From positions 124,001-188,000 of the forward strand of contig JADIIX010000024.1 of the NCBI GenBank assembly GCA_027604505.1: DNA of 64,000 nucleotides, in the 5' to 3' direction. Position numbers and translations under genes: made by a program. Shown here piece after piece: positions 10,032 through 22,000 of this stretch. The DNA comes from Gonapodya sp. JEL0774 (Eukaryota). Under the pieces are notes generated by a model that did not search any database, was not told the origin of the DNA, and saw nothing but the letters and a program-made list of their open reading frames with translations. How positions within the stretch are numbered: the stretch's first letter is position 1; every line of letters starts with the position of its first letter.

Positions 10032-11739
10032 GCCTTCTGGAAACTGGTAAGTGGCCTTAAGTGCCACTGAGTGCCATTAAAAGCCTAAGTGGCATAGGTG
10101 TCTCCCTCCGGAGTTAATTGGCACTTAATGACCGCGGTTACCACTCAACTGCCATGAGTGAACTCGTGGCGTTTGAGTGGTGCCCCTCATGTTCCACCCA
10201 AAACCTGACAACTGAGCACTTAATTTGGACTCAAGTTGTACTCTACTATACTTAATGCTAATATATTGTTAATATCTGTTCTTAATTTACTACCTAGTGT
10301 ACATGGAGCGTGGAGAGAGAGCCATAACGAGGGGCCTGTCGCGTTTCAGACCTCCATCCAGGGCACCATCAAATTATTCCGTCTCCAGGCTTCAGCCTAA
10401 CCATCCTCCACGGCGATGAATCAAAACCCTCCCTACCAAACTGACTCAAGTTCCAGAAAACCACCAAGTGGCACCGTGCTACTATGGGAATGCCGATTCC
10501 AAGACAACTGCTGGAGGGGCATTCAACTCACCTAAAGAAATTGAATCCAGTGCGAGAGAAAAACGCCTCGCTTGATCACAAACTTCCAGATAGGGGTGCG
10601 AACGTGGATGGTAAGACTCGGCGTTTCGAGATGGGGAGTAGGAAGACCGAAAGGATATCAACATCACAGATGCAAACGGCAAACAAGAACACGGTACAGA
10701 AGGCTGAATGAAATCACCAACCATAGTTCTCCATCCCGTAGCCGGAAACTCCGGTGCCCGTGGGTAAAACTCTGCTTGTCAATTGGAAACGGCGAGTAAT
10801 CGAAAATCGCGAACAAACGACCACGTGGTAGCACAGTATGCGTGGGCATAAGCAGAAAAAGTACTCGTGTATAGAGATTTGTTCAGACGCGGGCGGTTTG
10901 AGAACGGATTGTACCTGGAATGGAGAAGAGGAACAGTTGATTCGATCAAGCAAACACTGCGAGCAAGAAAGTCGTTCCTACGCTCGGAATACGGCAAAGA
11001 TAGAACATAGCCAGCTCGGAAATGAGGAAATGAGACAGACGAGTCGGCATACGCGTGCGTAGAGGGGAAATGGAAGAATAGAAAATCGTAGAAGGTTGGT
11101 GAAAGACGGGAGGATGAGAAGCTGCCGAGACAGGGACACCCCACAGTCCCACTCCAGCATATATTTTGAGCGAAGTGGATATCAACTTTCGAGGCGTCGA
11201 AGCTCGATTACGATGGGATTGGTGCTGCGGCAAAAGTGGTGTGGTGTTGGAAGCCTCAAGCCAACATGACTCACTCGCACGCGAAACAAACCAAATACAT
11301 GCAGGCAAACTGAACGTGCCTTGATTGGCATAACAACTTGAGCGCATTATTTTTCACAGTTTCACATTAAACTATGTTATCTGGGGTCGATATATAAGCT
11401 CCCTAGAAGTGTGTGATGTGCTTGCAGTTGCACAGGAATTGTGGGTGGTGTCAGTTCAGCGGCCAGAGTCTCATGCTGGGCTGGAAACTAAAATCGAGTA
11501 CACTTGGCATCCTCAGCGCCACTTAAAATGCACTTAAAGTTACTGAAGTGGCTTGTAATGGTGATCATGCCACTCTGCCACTCATGTCACTTGAATGTCA
11601 CTCAAACCCAAATTAAGTGCAACGGCGAGCAGTCAAGTGACACTCATACTCCACACCATGCATTGAAATGCCATTCAAGTGTTGTCAAGTGACCGTGGCA
11701 CTTAAGGTCACTTAACTTGGGACCCAGGTTTCCAGATGC
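10032..11739. mobile_element. Decayed TIR DNA transposon (about 1.7 kb), possibly hAT superfamily
   Basis: Inverted ends: TAAGTGGCCTTAAGTGCCAC (10048-10067) matches the reverse complement of 11695-11714 at 19/20, and TCTGGAAAC occurs near both tips. About 200 bp at each end is dense in CACTTAA/CACTCA/GCCACT motifs. Flanks AGGTGACAA (10023-10031) and AGGTGCAA (11740-11747) resemble an eroded 8-bp TSD. No intact internal ORF. Confidence 0.65.
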
Positions 11740-13190
11740 AGGTGCAAGTGCAAGGAGGAGTAGAACCACCCGCAACCTCGGCGTCGAGTCACACAGGTGC
11801 CAAGGGCAAGTGCAACACCCGGGTGGGCGAGGTGAGGAGAAGGAAGCGGGAGGAAACGATGGTTGCGCCAAGGGAGTGGTGGTGGCGGGGGGGGGGGGGG
11901 NNNNNNNNNNCGCCCCCTCCCCCCCGGCCCGCGCCGCCACCCCGCCCCCGGCCGGGCCCCCACCCCCCCCCCCCCCCCCCCGCTTCGCCGCGGGGGGTTG
12001 ATGGGGGATATCAAGATACAACATACTAGTAGAGGCGAGACCAAGCACAAGGAATGGGAACACCCGGTTGCTGGCCCGGCCGGTACAAGGGCACAGGGCA
12101 CAGGACACAGGGCACCGACGCACCGGCGCACCCCTTCTGTCCCATTTCTTGACTCGTGCTGTTTCGTCTCCACGAACCCTGAAGCGATGGGGATCTTTGA
12201 ACATCCGCACTACCCACGACGACACGACGATCCGTCCATCCCGTCTCCAAGGTTTCCAGCGTTCGGGAAAGCGAGAAAAAAAGGCGAGGTTCTTTGAGAA
12301 CCGGCGCGGGAATAGGAAAATGCAAAATGTGTCGAGTGGGATGGTGGATGTGGGTTGTTTTGAGGAAGTGACGTGTGGTGGTGAGTTGGGCCAACCCACT
12401 TCACGACCCCACAGCGCACATTGTTACGTCTGATGAGCATGATGCAAATCGCTACGGGGTTACACGAGAATTCAATGAGCGGCCGGGAGAGGCAGGAAAG
12501 CAAGCACACAACAAGGGGAGGGAGTGTACAATATCATCATTGAAAATACATAGGTGACGGAAACAAAAATGCAATGAAGCAGATTTGTAATGTGAGTGAG
12601 TGCGCAGGGGAGGGAGGGGTGAGGAGTGCCCGGTCCAGGTGCTGGAGGTGCCCAGGCAGCACAGACAGACGGACACATCCATCGACCCAAGGGTGAGTCA
12701 ACAGGAGAGGGAGGAGGGGACAGATGCAGAGAGGGAGACGCAGATTCAGCACGCACGCGGACCGGAAAGTGGAAAGGGAGAGGGGGAGTGGGACGGGGCA
12801 GTGGGGAGGGTGGGGACGGGGGACGGGCACTGGGACTGGGACTGGACGCACCCTCACACCACACCGCACTACCCCTCCCACTCTCCCCCTCATGGCCAAG
12901 TGGGAAGGGGGAAGGGGGAAGGGGGATTGGCACTGGACGACTGCTCAACTGGACGGGTGGGGGTGCTGGACCACTGCACACCAAACTCCCTGTCTCCCCT
13001 CCCCTCCCAACTCCCTCCTTCTCCTTCTCTCTCCCTTCCCTTCCTCACTCCCTCTCTCCCTCTATCAATACCCCCCCGTCTCCCATCTCCCATCTCCCAT
13101 CTCCCACTCCACCCTCCCTCCAACCTTCCCCTCCCCCCCCCCACTTTTCCCCCTCGCTCAGCCCACCTTTCCCACCCCACTCCCCCAATC

Positions 13191-14446
13191 ATGCTCATCC
13201 CAAAGGAAAATAGGAAAAAGATTTACCAGAACCTCTTCCAAGGTATGTCCAGGAGTACCTGGCCCGTGGGGAGCGAACCGAACCCGGTGGCCCCCCGAGG
13301 CCATTGACTTTGTCTCGATTGATTCCAAACGCCAAATGCCGATTCGGATTGATTGATTCCTTTGCTCGTTCACATCAGAGGGCGTCATGGTCGCCAAGAA
13401 GGACTTCAACCTCGCCAAACACTCGGACCTCGACGTTCCCAACCTCCACGTCATCAAGGCCCTCCAGTCCCTCTCATCCCGCGGTTACGTCCGCACCCAG
13501 TTCTCCTGGCAATACTACTACTACTTTTTGACCAACGAAGGAATCGAGTTTTTGAGAAAGGAACTGCATTTGCCCGTGGAGATCGTGCCCAAGACGCAGT
13601 ACAAGACCAAGCAGAGTGTGGGAGGGAGGCAAGGTACGCGCGCGAGCGGAGCGAGCGTTTCTCGAGCGTCAGGGAGATATAGACGCGAGCGTCAGCGAGA
13701 TATGACCTTTCCAGAGTCAGCGAGATAGATATCTCGCTAACGCTCGAAGGGACGCTCGATAGGAGGCTCGAACCGAACAGGCGACATATGTTCCTAACCC
13801 CCCTTTTCCCACCCACCCCACACCCCACACCCCACACCCACTCCGCAGACGACCGCCCCTTCCGCTCCGACCGCCCCGACCGCGCCCCTCGTGAGGGTGG
13901 AGAGGGCGGGTACCGTCGCAGGGAAGGAGGGTTTGGAAGAGGAGGACCCGGAGCCGGTGGGGGGAAGGAGGGCGCGCCGGGGGAAGGGTTTAGGCCAGAG
14001 TTTGTGAGTTGGGGGGGAGCTGGGGGGGGGCAGGGGGGCCTGGGGGGGCACCGGAGGGAATACGAAATGTGGAAGAGGGAAGGGAAGGAGTGACGAGGGG
14101 ACGACGGGAAACGGGAAGAGGCGAGGGAGACATGGTCCGCTGGGTTGGGTATCCCCAGACCCAGTGTCAAAGTGAAACGAGGGGGTACCGGGTGGTGGTG
14201 GATCGGCGGGATTCGGGAGCTCGGATGTCTGTGTTGTCGTGGTGCCCGTTTCGTTTGGCCGTGCCGTGCCCGTTTTGCCATCGCCCCTTGCCCGTCGCCG
14301 GGCATGCACCCCAACACCCCGTCCGCGGTTCCGTTGGTACTTGTTGGTACTGACGTCGTCCCGCGCTCCCCCATCCTTGCCTTTCCACCTCCCCCCCTCC
14401 CCAGCGCGGCGGATTCGGCCGCGGCCGTGGCGCGCCGCCGGCGTAG
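13191..14446 (+). CDS. RPS10: 40S ribosomal protein S10 (eS10); exons 13191-13242, 13379-13633, 13849-14003, 14405-14446
   Basis: [77 protein letters not shown]...[18 protein letters not shown]. Confidence 0.97.
13662..13759 (+). repeat. Direct and inverted copies of an 18-nt motif in RPS10 intron 2
   Basis: CGAGCGTCAG(G/C)GAGATAT at 13663 and 13686, partial copy at 13714. Antisense copy ATATCTCGCTAACGCTCGA at 13729-13747 and partial GACGCTCGA at 13751. Confidence 0.85.
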
Positions 14447-15218
14447 ATGGGTCCCGGTTACGGGCGGGTAACGGTACGCGGGGGGAAAGTGGTTTAGTTG
14501 AGCGTAGCCGTGATTGGGGGAGGGTTTTTGCGTGTGTGTGTTTGGGGCGGGGGTTAGGTGTGGGGTAGACGGGTGCCAAGGTGGTGGTACGCATGATGTG
14601 TGTGGGGAAAGCAAGGGAAAGGGAAATACAACTGTGCACATATGGCTTTTGCAACAAGACCGGTTTCGAAGTGAAAGGAAAGCAAGGGGGGGCAGAGTGA
14701 CAGACGGCAGACCCTGGAAGAGTGTTGGCGTGGTGAGCATATGGTGCCCTGGTGCCCCCCTGTTCGTGCGTGCGTTGTCGATTTGCGCGGTGGGTGGGAG
14801 AGACGACGGAGCAGGACCCGGATGCGAGATCGGACGCGCAACGAGTCACATCCAGTTAAACACCACCTCCTGCCCGTACAATCCGTAAGGGGGGGGGCCA
14901 CACCTGGTATGTGTGTACCGGGCCGGTGAGAACCGTAACGGGGTGCATGGTGCATGCAGGAACAGGGTATGGACGGAGTATGGAGGGGCCGATGGGCACG
15001 GTGACCCTCGGCCAACCCGGAATTTCCGGAATCCGGAATCCGGTGTGGACAAGGATACTGGGTACTGGGGTCGGGGGGCCACGCTGGTACCACCACATTG
15101 CTCCGCACCACATTACGTCAAACACCATACCAGGCCACCACCAGGACACACCAGCACTCGGGGGTGGGTGGAGTAGTCACGCACAGTGGCTGGCTGATAC
15201 CCTGCGTGTTCCGTCCCC

Positions 15219-15288
15219 CACTGCACACTGCACACTGCACACTGCACACTGCACACTGCACACTGCACACTGCACACTGCACATTGCA
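15219..15288. repeat. Heptamer tandem repeat (CACTGCA)x10
   Basis: Nine perfect copies followed by CATTGCA. Confidence 0.97.
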
Positions 15289-17016
15289 CCCTTGGGGGGC
15301 GGGGGNNNNNNNNNNCACCCCTTCCAAACTCCTCCCCAACCAATCCCACCCCCCGGACCCCCCACCCAACCTCACTTACCACCCATCCACCCCCCCCCCC
15401 CCCCCCCCCCCCCAAGTGTGTGACGTGTTTGCAGTGTGCCGTTCGCGTATAGGTACCCGCACTTATGTACCTACGGGCCGGGGTGTCGTGGCTTCGGCTT
15501 TCGCGTGTCCCGGGTCGTGGTAGATGTATGCCACAGAGTCCCGCTGCGCGGGGTCGGGTGACCAGGGGAATAAGGGTACGGACCCTCCCACCACGGGGGG
15601 GCACCCAAACGCTGTTTCCAACTCTTTCTTTGCTTCTTTTTGTTTGCTTTTGGGTTCCTCGTTTTGCTGTGTGGGCCCTCTGCCCTGGTCCCCCCGTCCG
15701 TCTGTGCAGTCCGCGGCTTTGGCCAAGTTTCCGCAAGGAGTCGAGGCGGGGGGGATTTCGGGATTCGTGAGACGCGTGCGGGCGGGTGTCTTCGTTTGAC
15801 CATCTAACAGCAGCCCCTCCGAGAGGCATCATTACAACACTACGTTCTTCGATATCTATCAGCGAGTCCAAGGGATCAACCCGCAGAACCGCGTCTGAGC
15901 GTCCAGCTGTGACTGGTGGTTCTTTTTCCCGATTGGTCGTGATTGGTCGTGTGGTGTGTGTGTGGTACATATATCCGTCGATTGCACCTGTAGCGACAAA
16001 TCTGGTACAATTGTACTCTGAGAGACAGACCAGCGTAATGAGTTTTCGGTGGTGATTTCTGTATTACATATTAAGTTAGTTCTGCCGTACACGAAGAAGG
16101 CACTTCACCCAATTTCCTGCACAATGACGTCAACCCATCAACACACGGTGAGATCGATAGAAAAGACGGCGCTTCAACACTCATTGGTACACGGCTGCCT
16201 GAGCAGAGGCTTCTTTGTTTGTGTTTTCCGTGGCGCTTTTAAGGTCCCTCCAGGCCCACCAATGCCCACCACTACTTGCCGAGGGGACGGCGGAGCTTCT
16301 GCCTGTTAAACCCTCCCGAGAGAGAGCCCACGAAGGTGAATAGAAGTTGAAAGGAACTAGCACTGCACGGTCCCGAATTGTGACACCTTTTATGCGTCTT
16401 TGATGCGTAGCGAGAGGGACAGTGTGTTATATTTGATCACAACAACTGAAATACCAATCACCAATGGCCGCCACCGCAAGCGGGAGTGGGGATCCTTACG
16501 GTGCATTTCCGGTGATCCAAATTTGCATTTACGGCATTTATTTTCTGAGCCCGTTGAATTAATTGTGAGTGCCAAGATGTGAATGAAAATGGTTGTGGCG
16601 GACTCATCCACAGCACTGTGCCCGATCGGCAAAAGCAGCGTCACGTCCGCCTCGATGAAAAAAATCCCCCGGAACAAGGAAGCGGTTCGAACAGCTAGCG
16701 AGCAGTCATCGGAAAGTGTCGGTGATGTTCTGGAAGATTCGTAGGCTGGATTGAATTTTTCCTCGGGGGAGACATATGCTGGTCCCTTGCTGTGGGAAGC
16801 ATGTGACATCGGGCTGATCCGGGAGACCGAAACCTCCGGACATAGCGGCGGCGACATTTTAGGCGGCGATTTAATTCAGGATTCAAGTACCTCCATTGCG
16901 CGCTCTTGCAACACCATCCAAGCCATGTGTCCTATTATCGGATACGGCCCGCCAGTATCCAACAAAGTCGCGTCTGTGATGCAGTTCACAGGGTCGAGGT
17001 AACTGACAGGTCTCCC

Positions 17017-18331
17017 ATGGAACGTGACCTCATGGCAACCACCCCGCATCGCGACTCCGTCACTCACAACACTTCGTTACGCGACTGTAGATGTCCGAGA
17101 CACAGCTTTACTCCTGATCAAATCGCTGAAATTGTCGGATTAGATGTTGAAGTTCTTCCGGATTTGTGTGTTCGAGTTCAAAGAGGTATGTATTCGATAT
17201 AGTAGGATTTGCACAGGACACATGGAGAGAGGGAGAACATACGGGAGACTAGGAAACCGGAAACCCTCCGCCATTGGAGCTCGAAATTTTTTTGCTTGAA
17301 ATCGAGTTACTTGATGTGCTGAGTTCACGACGTTCGGTCCCGAACCCCAGCCTGCCGGCTCGCGCTCCCATATCGGTTAACGAATCTACCCCCTGAAGTA
17401 CTCGATCAAGTACTTGCGATACTTTCGCGACCGGCTGACTTTGAGGTACCCCTGCAACTCCAACTTCAACCTTCACAACCGGACGTCGAGATGCAACCTC
17501 CATCACCCGAACCCGAAGTTCTCATTCTACCACCGGCAGCCGATGTGCAACCTGCCGTGGTTCCTCCACCAGTCGAAGCCGAGGTGCAACCTCCCCCACC
17601 ACAACCCGACGTGCACCCTGACCCACTACAAACCGAAGCTCAACCTGTACCACCGCAACCCGAAGCACCTCAATTCGCACCTGTAGCCCCCTTCCAAGTG
17701 AGTAAGAGAAACACTCGTTGTCGTTTGCGAATCCGGAATCCCATCTCGCGCCATTGCCTTTCTACGCCCCGAAATGCACAGGCTCATGGAGTATGCCCAA
17801 AACCGGGGTGTGGCATGCAGTTCCATTGTGGTACCCAGATGGTTGATTTGGATGCCAACCACCGTCTAGTGTACGCTTCAATACCAGGTCGGCCGCCTGT
17901 CCCAAGCAACCCGGAACAGTATTGTGAACTGCTGCAGCACATCTTTTCGAGCCACCTGCCGAACTGGGATAATTTGAAGAAGTCCTGCTATTGCCCGGTG
18001 TGTCTCAAAGTACTGAAGAAGAAGGGGAACATCAGATCGCACCGTGAGCACCTTGCACAGCCCATTCTTCGCATTCAACTTTCAAGTAGTTTCTAAATCT
18101 TTCCATTGGCTAGTGCTTAACGAGCGACACCACGGCGTTTCCAATTACCACTTCTCCTGTGCCAAGTGTGCACGAACTCTAAGGGACAAGGAGTCGGCCA
18201 TGCGGCATTTGGAGCGTAATCGTTGCTACAGGCTACTTTCCTCCGAGCGTGAAAGTGAGTCCTTTCACATCATTGAAATCAGCTTTCCTCCATGCTCATG
18301 TGCCAAAGCAGACGAGGACGAGCAAACCTGA
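17017..18331 (+). CDS. Zinc-finger protein (split C2H2, C2H2, C2HC) with F-box-like motif and Pro/Gln repeats; introns 17186-17350, 17698-17781, 18044-18113, 18255-18311; start uncertain
   Basis: RLTNLPPEVLDQVLAILSRPAD; repeated [DE]VQP units; CPKPGC..F....YCELLQHIFSSH; CPVCLKVLKKKGNIRSHLLNERHH; CAKCARTLRDKESAMRHLERNRC. Confidence 0.8.
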
Positions 18332-19016
18332 AGACAACGTTGTGGAATATGAAGGTCAGTCCTGCGTTTGTGATCAGTTCTCGGAGCTGGTCAAGTATCA
18401 TGATTTTCATTCCTTTTCGTCAGATTGTGTACATACCGAACGACATGCACGCTTTGAACGAAATTAGAAAGCAGCAAGCAAGCTTTGTGCATGGCTACAC
18501 TATTGAACTCATTAGAAATTTGGCGCGAAGGGACTTTGTGTGTTTGCAGTTGGGTTCTCTTTTTCCTCACTGTTCAAATATTGCCTATCATAAGCTGCCC
18601 TCTCTTGGAATGTACATATGTCTGAATATTCAATATTGCTTCTTTCTTCAACCTAACGAGTACAGCGTCGTCTCAGTCAAAGACGTGTAACTGTTTTTGG
18701 AAATATATATGCTCGCAAAAAAATGTGAGCGAGTGAGCATCAGAGCTTGAAGAAATCGACGAAGAGAGCTCAAGAGTCGAAGAGTGGGAACAGGTACACA
18801 ACGAACAGTGGCACAATGTGCACGGGTATGCTTCCCCTGTTTGCCGCCAACCAAGAACTCACCAAGCACGCCCGCGAAACAAACCGATTCATTCGATTTC
18901 GCTTCCAACCGTCTTCGATCCGCTCATCTTCATCAGCCCAGTACCCATCGGCGATCCGTGTTGGCCTTTCCGTTCCCCCCGCCCGCCATTCACCGGCAAA
19001 CTCACGCCCGAAAGAA

Positions 19017-22000
19017 ATGTCGTTCCCTCAGGCGAAGCGATTCGAATCGAAGCAGCGTGAGTGCTGTTGTGTCAGATGTCGCAGACAGGTGGACTGGATT
19101 GGACCGGACGCCGATGGCAGGGACGGTTGTTGTTCTTCGTTAACAACCGTCTCAGAGGGAGCAAAGAATAACTCATGGCTACGATCGCTATGAAAAAATG
19201 ACTCACTCTTCTCGTTCTTGTTTTTCCTGGCATCACTTCACGTCCGACCACCTGCAGCTCTCGCCGAAAATCCGGCACCTGGCACTTACAATCTCCCGAC
19301 ATCAACACTCCTCAATGACGACCCAGCCAAGCACTATGGATTCCTTGGCAAAAGCAAGCGATTTAATGAACAGAAAGGTGGGCTGGAGCACGGTATTGTT
19401 GTGTTGTTGACCTGGACACGTTGCTCCTTTGTCTCAAATTTGCTTGCTGACTCGCCACCAATTGCTATTTTCGCTTTGTTCCGAAAAATTCTCCCAAGAC
19501 GAGTCTTCCGGCGCTGATGGTGAAGGTCGTACTGATAAGGAGAACATCTCTGCGGCCGCTCTCAGCGCTTTCAACCGGAGGAGTCTCATTGGCACGAAGG
19601 AACGGGACGAAGTCGCCAAGTACAGGAAAGAGGTGATTATTCCTAAAGCCCTACAAAGAGTTGAACGTGGGGTCACATGGTTGAATGAGTGAAACGTGAG
19701 CGAAGTGCAGCTCGAGAAGGAGACCCTCGGCTGTGTGAATCTGGGTATCAATGAATCCCAGCTCATGTGCGGGACATTTCGCGGAGAGTCGTTTTGTTCT
19801 CTCCACTTGCAACCCCTGCACTTTTGCCTGACTGGAACCTAATGTTTCCAATCACCCTCTTGTTGACAAACCACCACCCTCAAATCAAAGATGGAACGGC
19901 TCCAAACTCAAGTTGAAAATCACAACGTCAATCACCAAAAGGAGGTTTGTTCTTCCGCTCATTTCGATCACATAGGGGAATGTATTTTGATGGTCGATAT
20001 CTCCAAACGTGTTTTCTATTGTGACCTCAGATTACCCAACTCACCGCACATCTCGCTCGCCTCGAATCCGCCGCGGCTGCTGCGACCTCCAAGCGTACCT
20101 CGCTTGAGTCAGACGTCGCGGCAAAGGAGAAGGAAGTGGGTCAGCTGAAGGATACCGTGGCAGGACTCAGGTCTGCGGTTAGTATTCAAGCGGATTTTGA
20201 AATGAAAACTAGTCCTAATCTTCTTGCTGACTTTGGGATATCTATTGTGTTTTGTTTTCCAACATCTTCGCAAGCTCGAGAAATCGGAGCGCCTCTCCAT
20301 TTCACTGCAAGAGAAGCTCACGCGAAACTCCAACTTGGCAAAGAGAGTTGAAGATCTGGACCGCAAGAATCTCCAGCTCAAGCAGCTCCTTACCCGAACA
20401 GAACAGGACCGGGACGATGCCCGTGCTAAAGTCGGTGCGGAAGAGGACGTGCGGAAGCAGAAGGACAAGTTCGCCGAGGAAAAGAAGAAGGTCGTCGCTG
20501 AAGCAGAGAGAGACAAAGCGAGAGCCGCAGCTGCGGAGAAGGAAAAACAGGCGGCAGAAGCGAGACTTCAGAAGGCAGAGGAAGAGCTCGTCAAGGCGAA
20601 GGAGGCTCTCAAGGCGCTCACTGAAGCACATGCAGTCGATGCCCGAGAAGCACGTCAGGCCGCCGAAGCCACCGAGGCTCGACTCAACGCTACTGTTCTA
20701 TCGTTGCGGCGTGAAGTGGACGAGGCGATTGCTCGAGCGCACCAAGTGCAGCAAGATGCCGCCGAGAGCGCACGCAACGCAGAGGCCCAACTTGCAGACA
20801 GGGACACCAAGCTTCGCGAGGCTGAGGCACGGGCCGCTTTTGAAATTGAGGAACTTGAATCCAACCTCCGTGATGCCGCAGCCCGCTCTTCCAAATTGGA
20901 GCGGGAGATAATTGCCATCCGGTCGGCTCGCGACGCTGCGGAGACTGAATGGCGCGCAGCGCGTGGAGAGCTTGAGCGTTCGCTGATCGATGTCCGTCGT
21001 CGGCTCGCCGAAGCTGAGGCGGGGGCAGCGAGAACATTGGAACGCGCGAAAGCAGAGGCTACAGCGGCTGCGGAGCTCATCGTGGACGGTCAAGCGAGGG
21101 AGGCCAATCTTCAGCGCTCTCTCGCGGACGCAACCAGCGTTGGAGTGAAGCTTACAGAGCAAGTGGAGGAGATGAAGGGGCGCTTCGCGATGCTGGAGGA
21201 GGATATGAAGAAACAGAAGGACGATTGGAAGAGAGAGGTGGATCTTCTACAATTAAGCTCCGCGAAAGGTGTTTCTGAGCTCAGGGACATCATAGTGTCA
21301 CTCGAAGAAGATCTGGAGCGCGAACGCGCAGCGCGTTTCGAATCAGAATCCGTGGCCAATGCCGAATCTATTCGTTTGAAAGGCGAAGTCCGAAGCAGAG
21401 AAGTGGAGATCGTTGCGCTCAAAGAATCAAGAACTAGGATGGAGGAGGAAATGCGTCGAGCGGTCGCCGACTTGGAGCGGCTGCTTTCGGACGGTGAAAG
21501 AGATGCCGCTGGAAGGGAGCAGGAACTATGTGCCGATATTAGAAGGCTCACAGAAGTTGTGGAGGAGCTCGAGTCGAAACTAGAAACCCGCCAGAAGGAC
21601 TTGGAAGCCTTGGAAGCCTTGAGGCACCAGGAAAAGGCGGGATATCAGGAAGAATTAGTGTGGGCAAAGGAACAAAGCAGCCGCGCGACTGCCGAAAGGG
21701 ATGCTGAGATTGCTGCTCTTAAGTCCAAAATTGAGGTGACCTCGAATGGCGCGGAGGCCGAAATTTCTGCGAAAAACTCCGAGATTCTGTCTCTTCAAGA
21801 CATGCTTACAGCCATCAAGCTTGATGCTGCCTCGACTGCCGCTGCGCATACCCGGCAAATTGATCTTTTAGAGACAGAGATAGCTAAGATTCGCAGTGAG
21901 AGTATCGTCGCTATTGAGAGACGGGAAGAAGCAATTAGTGCTCTCAGGATGGAAATGGATTCTCGAGTTGCTCATCTTGATGGTGTAGTGGCAGGAAAGG

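Noticed and set aside
11740..13190. Many overlapping ORFs in G/C-run-rich DNA (also 4185-4960 and 14450-15970)
   Set aside because: Low-complexity, stop-poor composition with assembly gaps; no recognisable protein motifs.
15219..15288. CRISPR array or coding repeat (VCSVQCA ORFs)
   Set aside because: Simple heptamer microsatellite with no spacers; the ORFs are artefacts.
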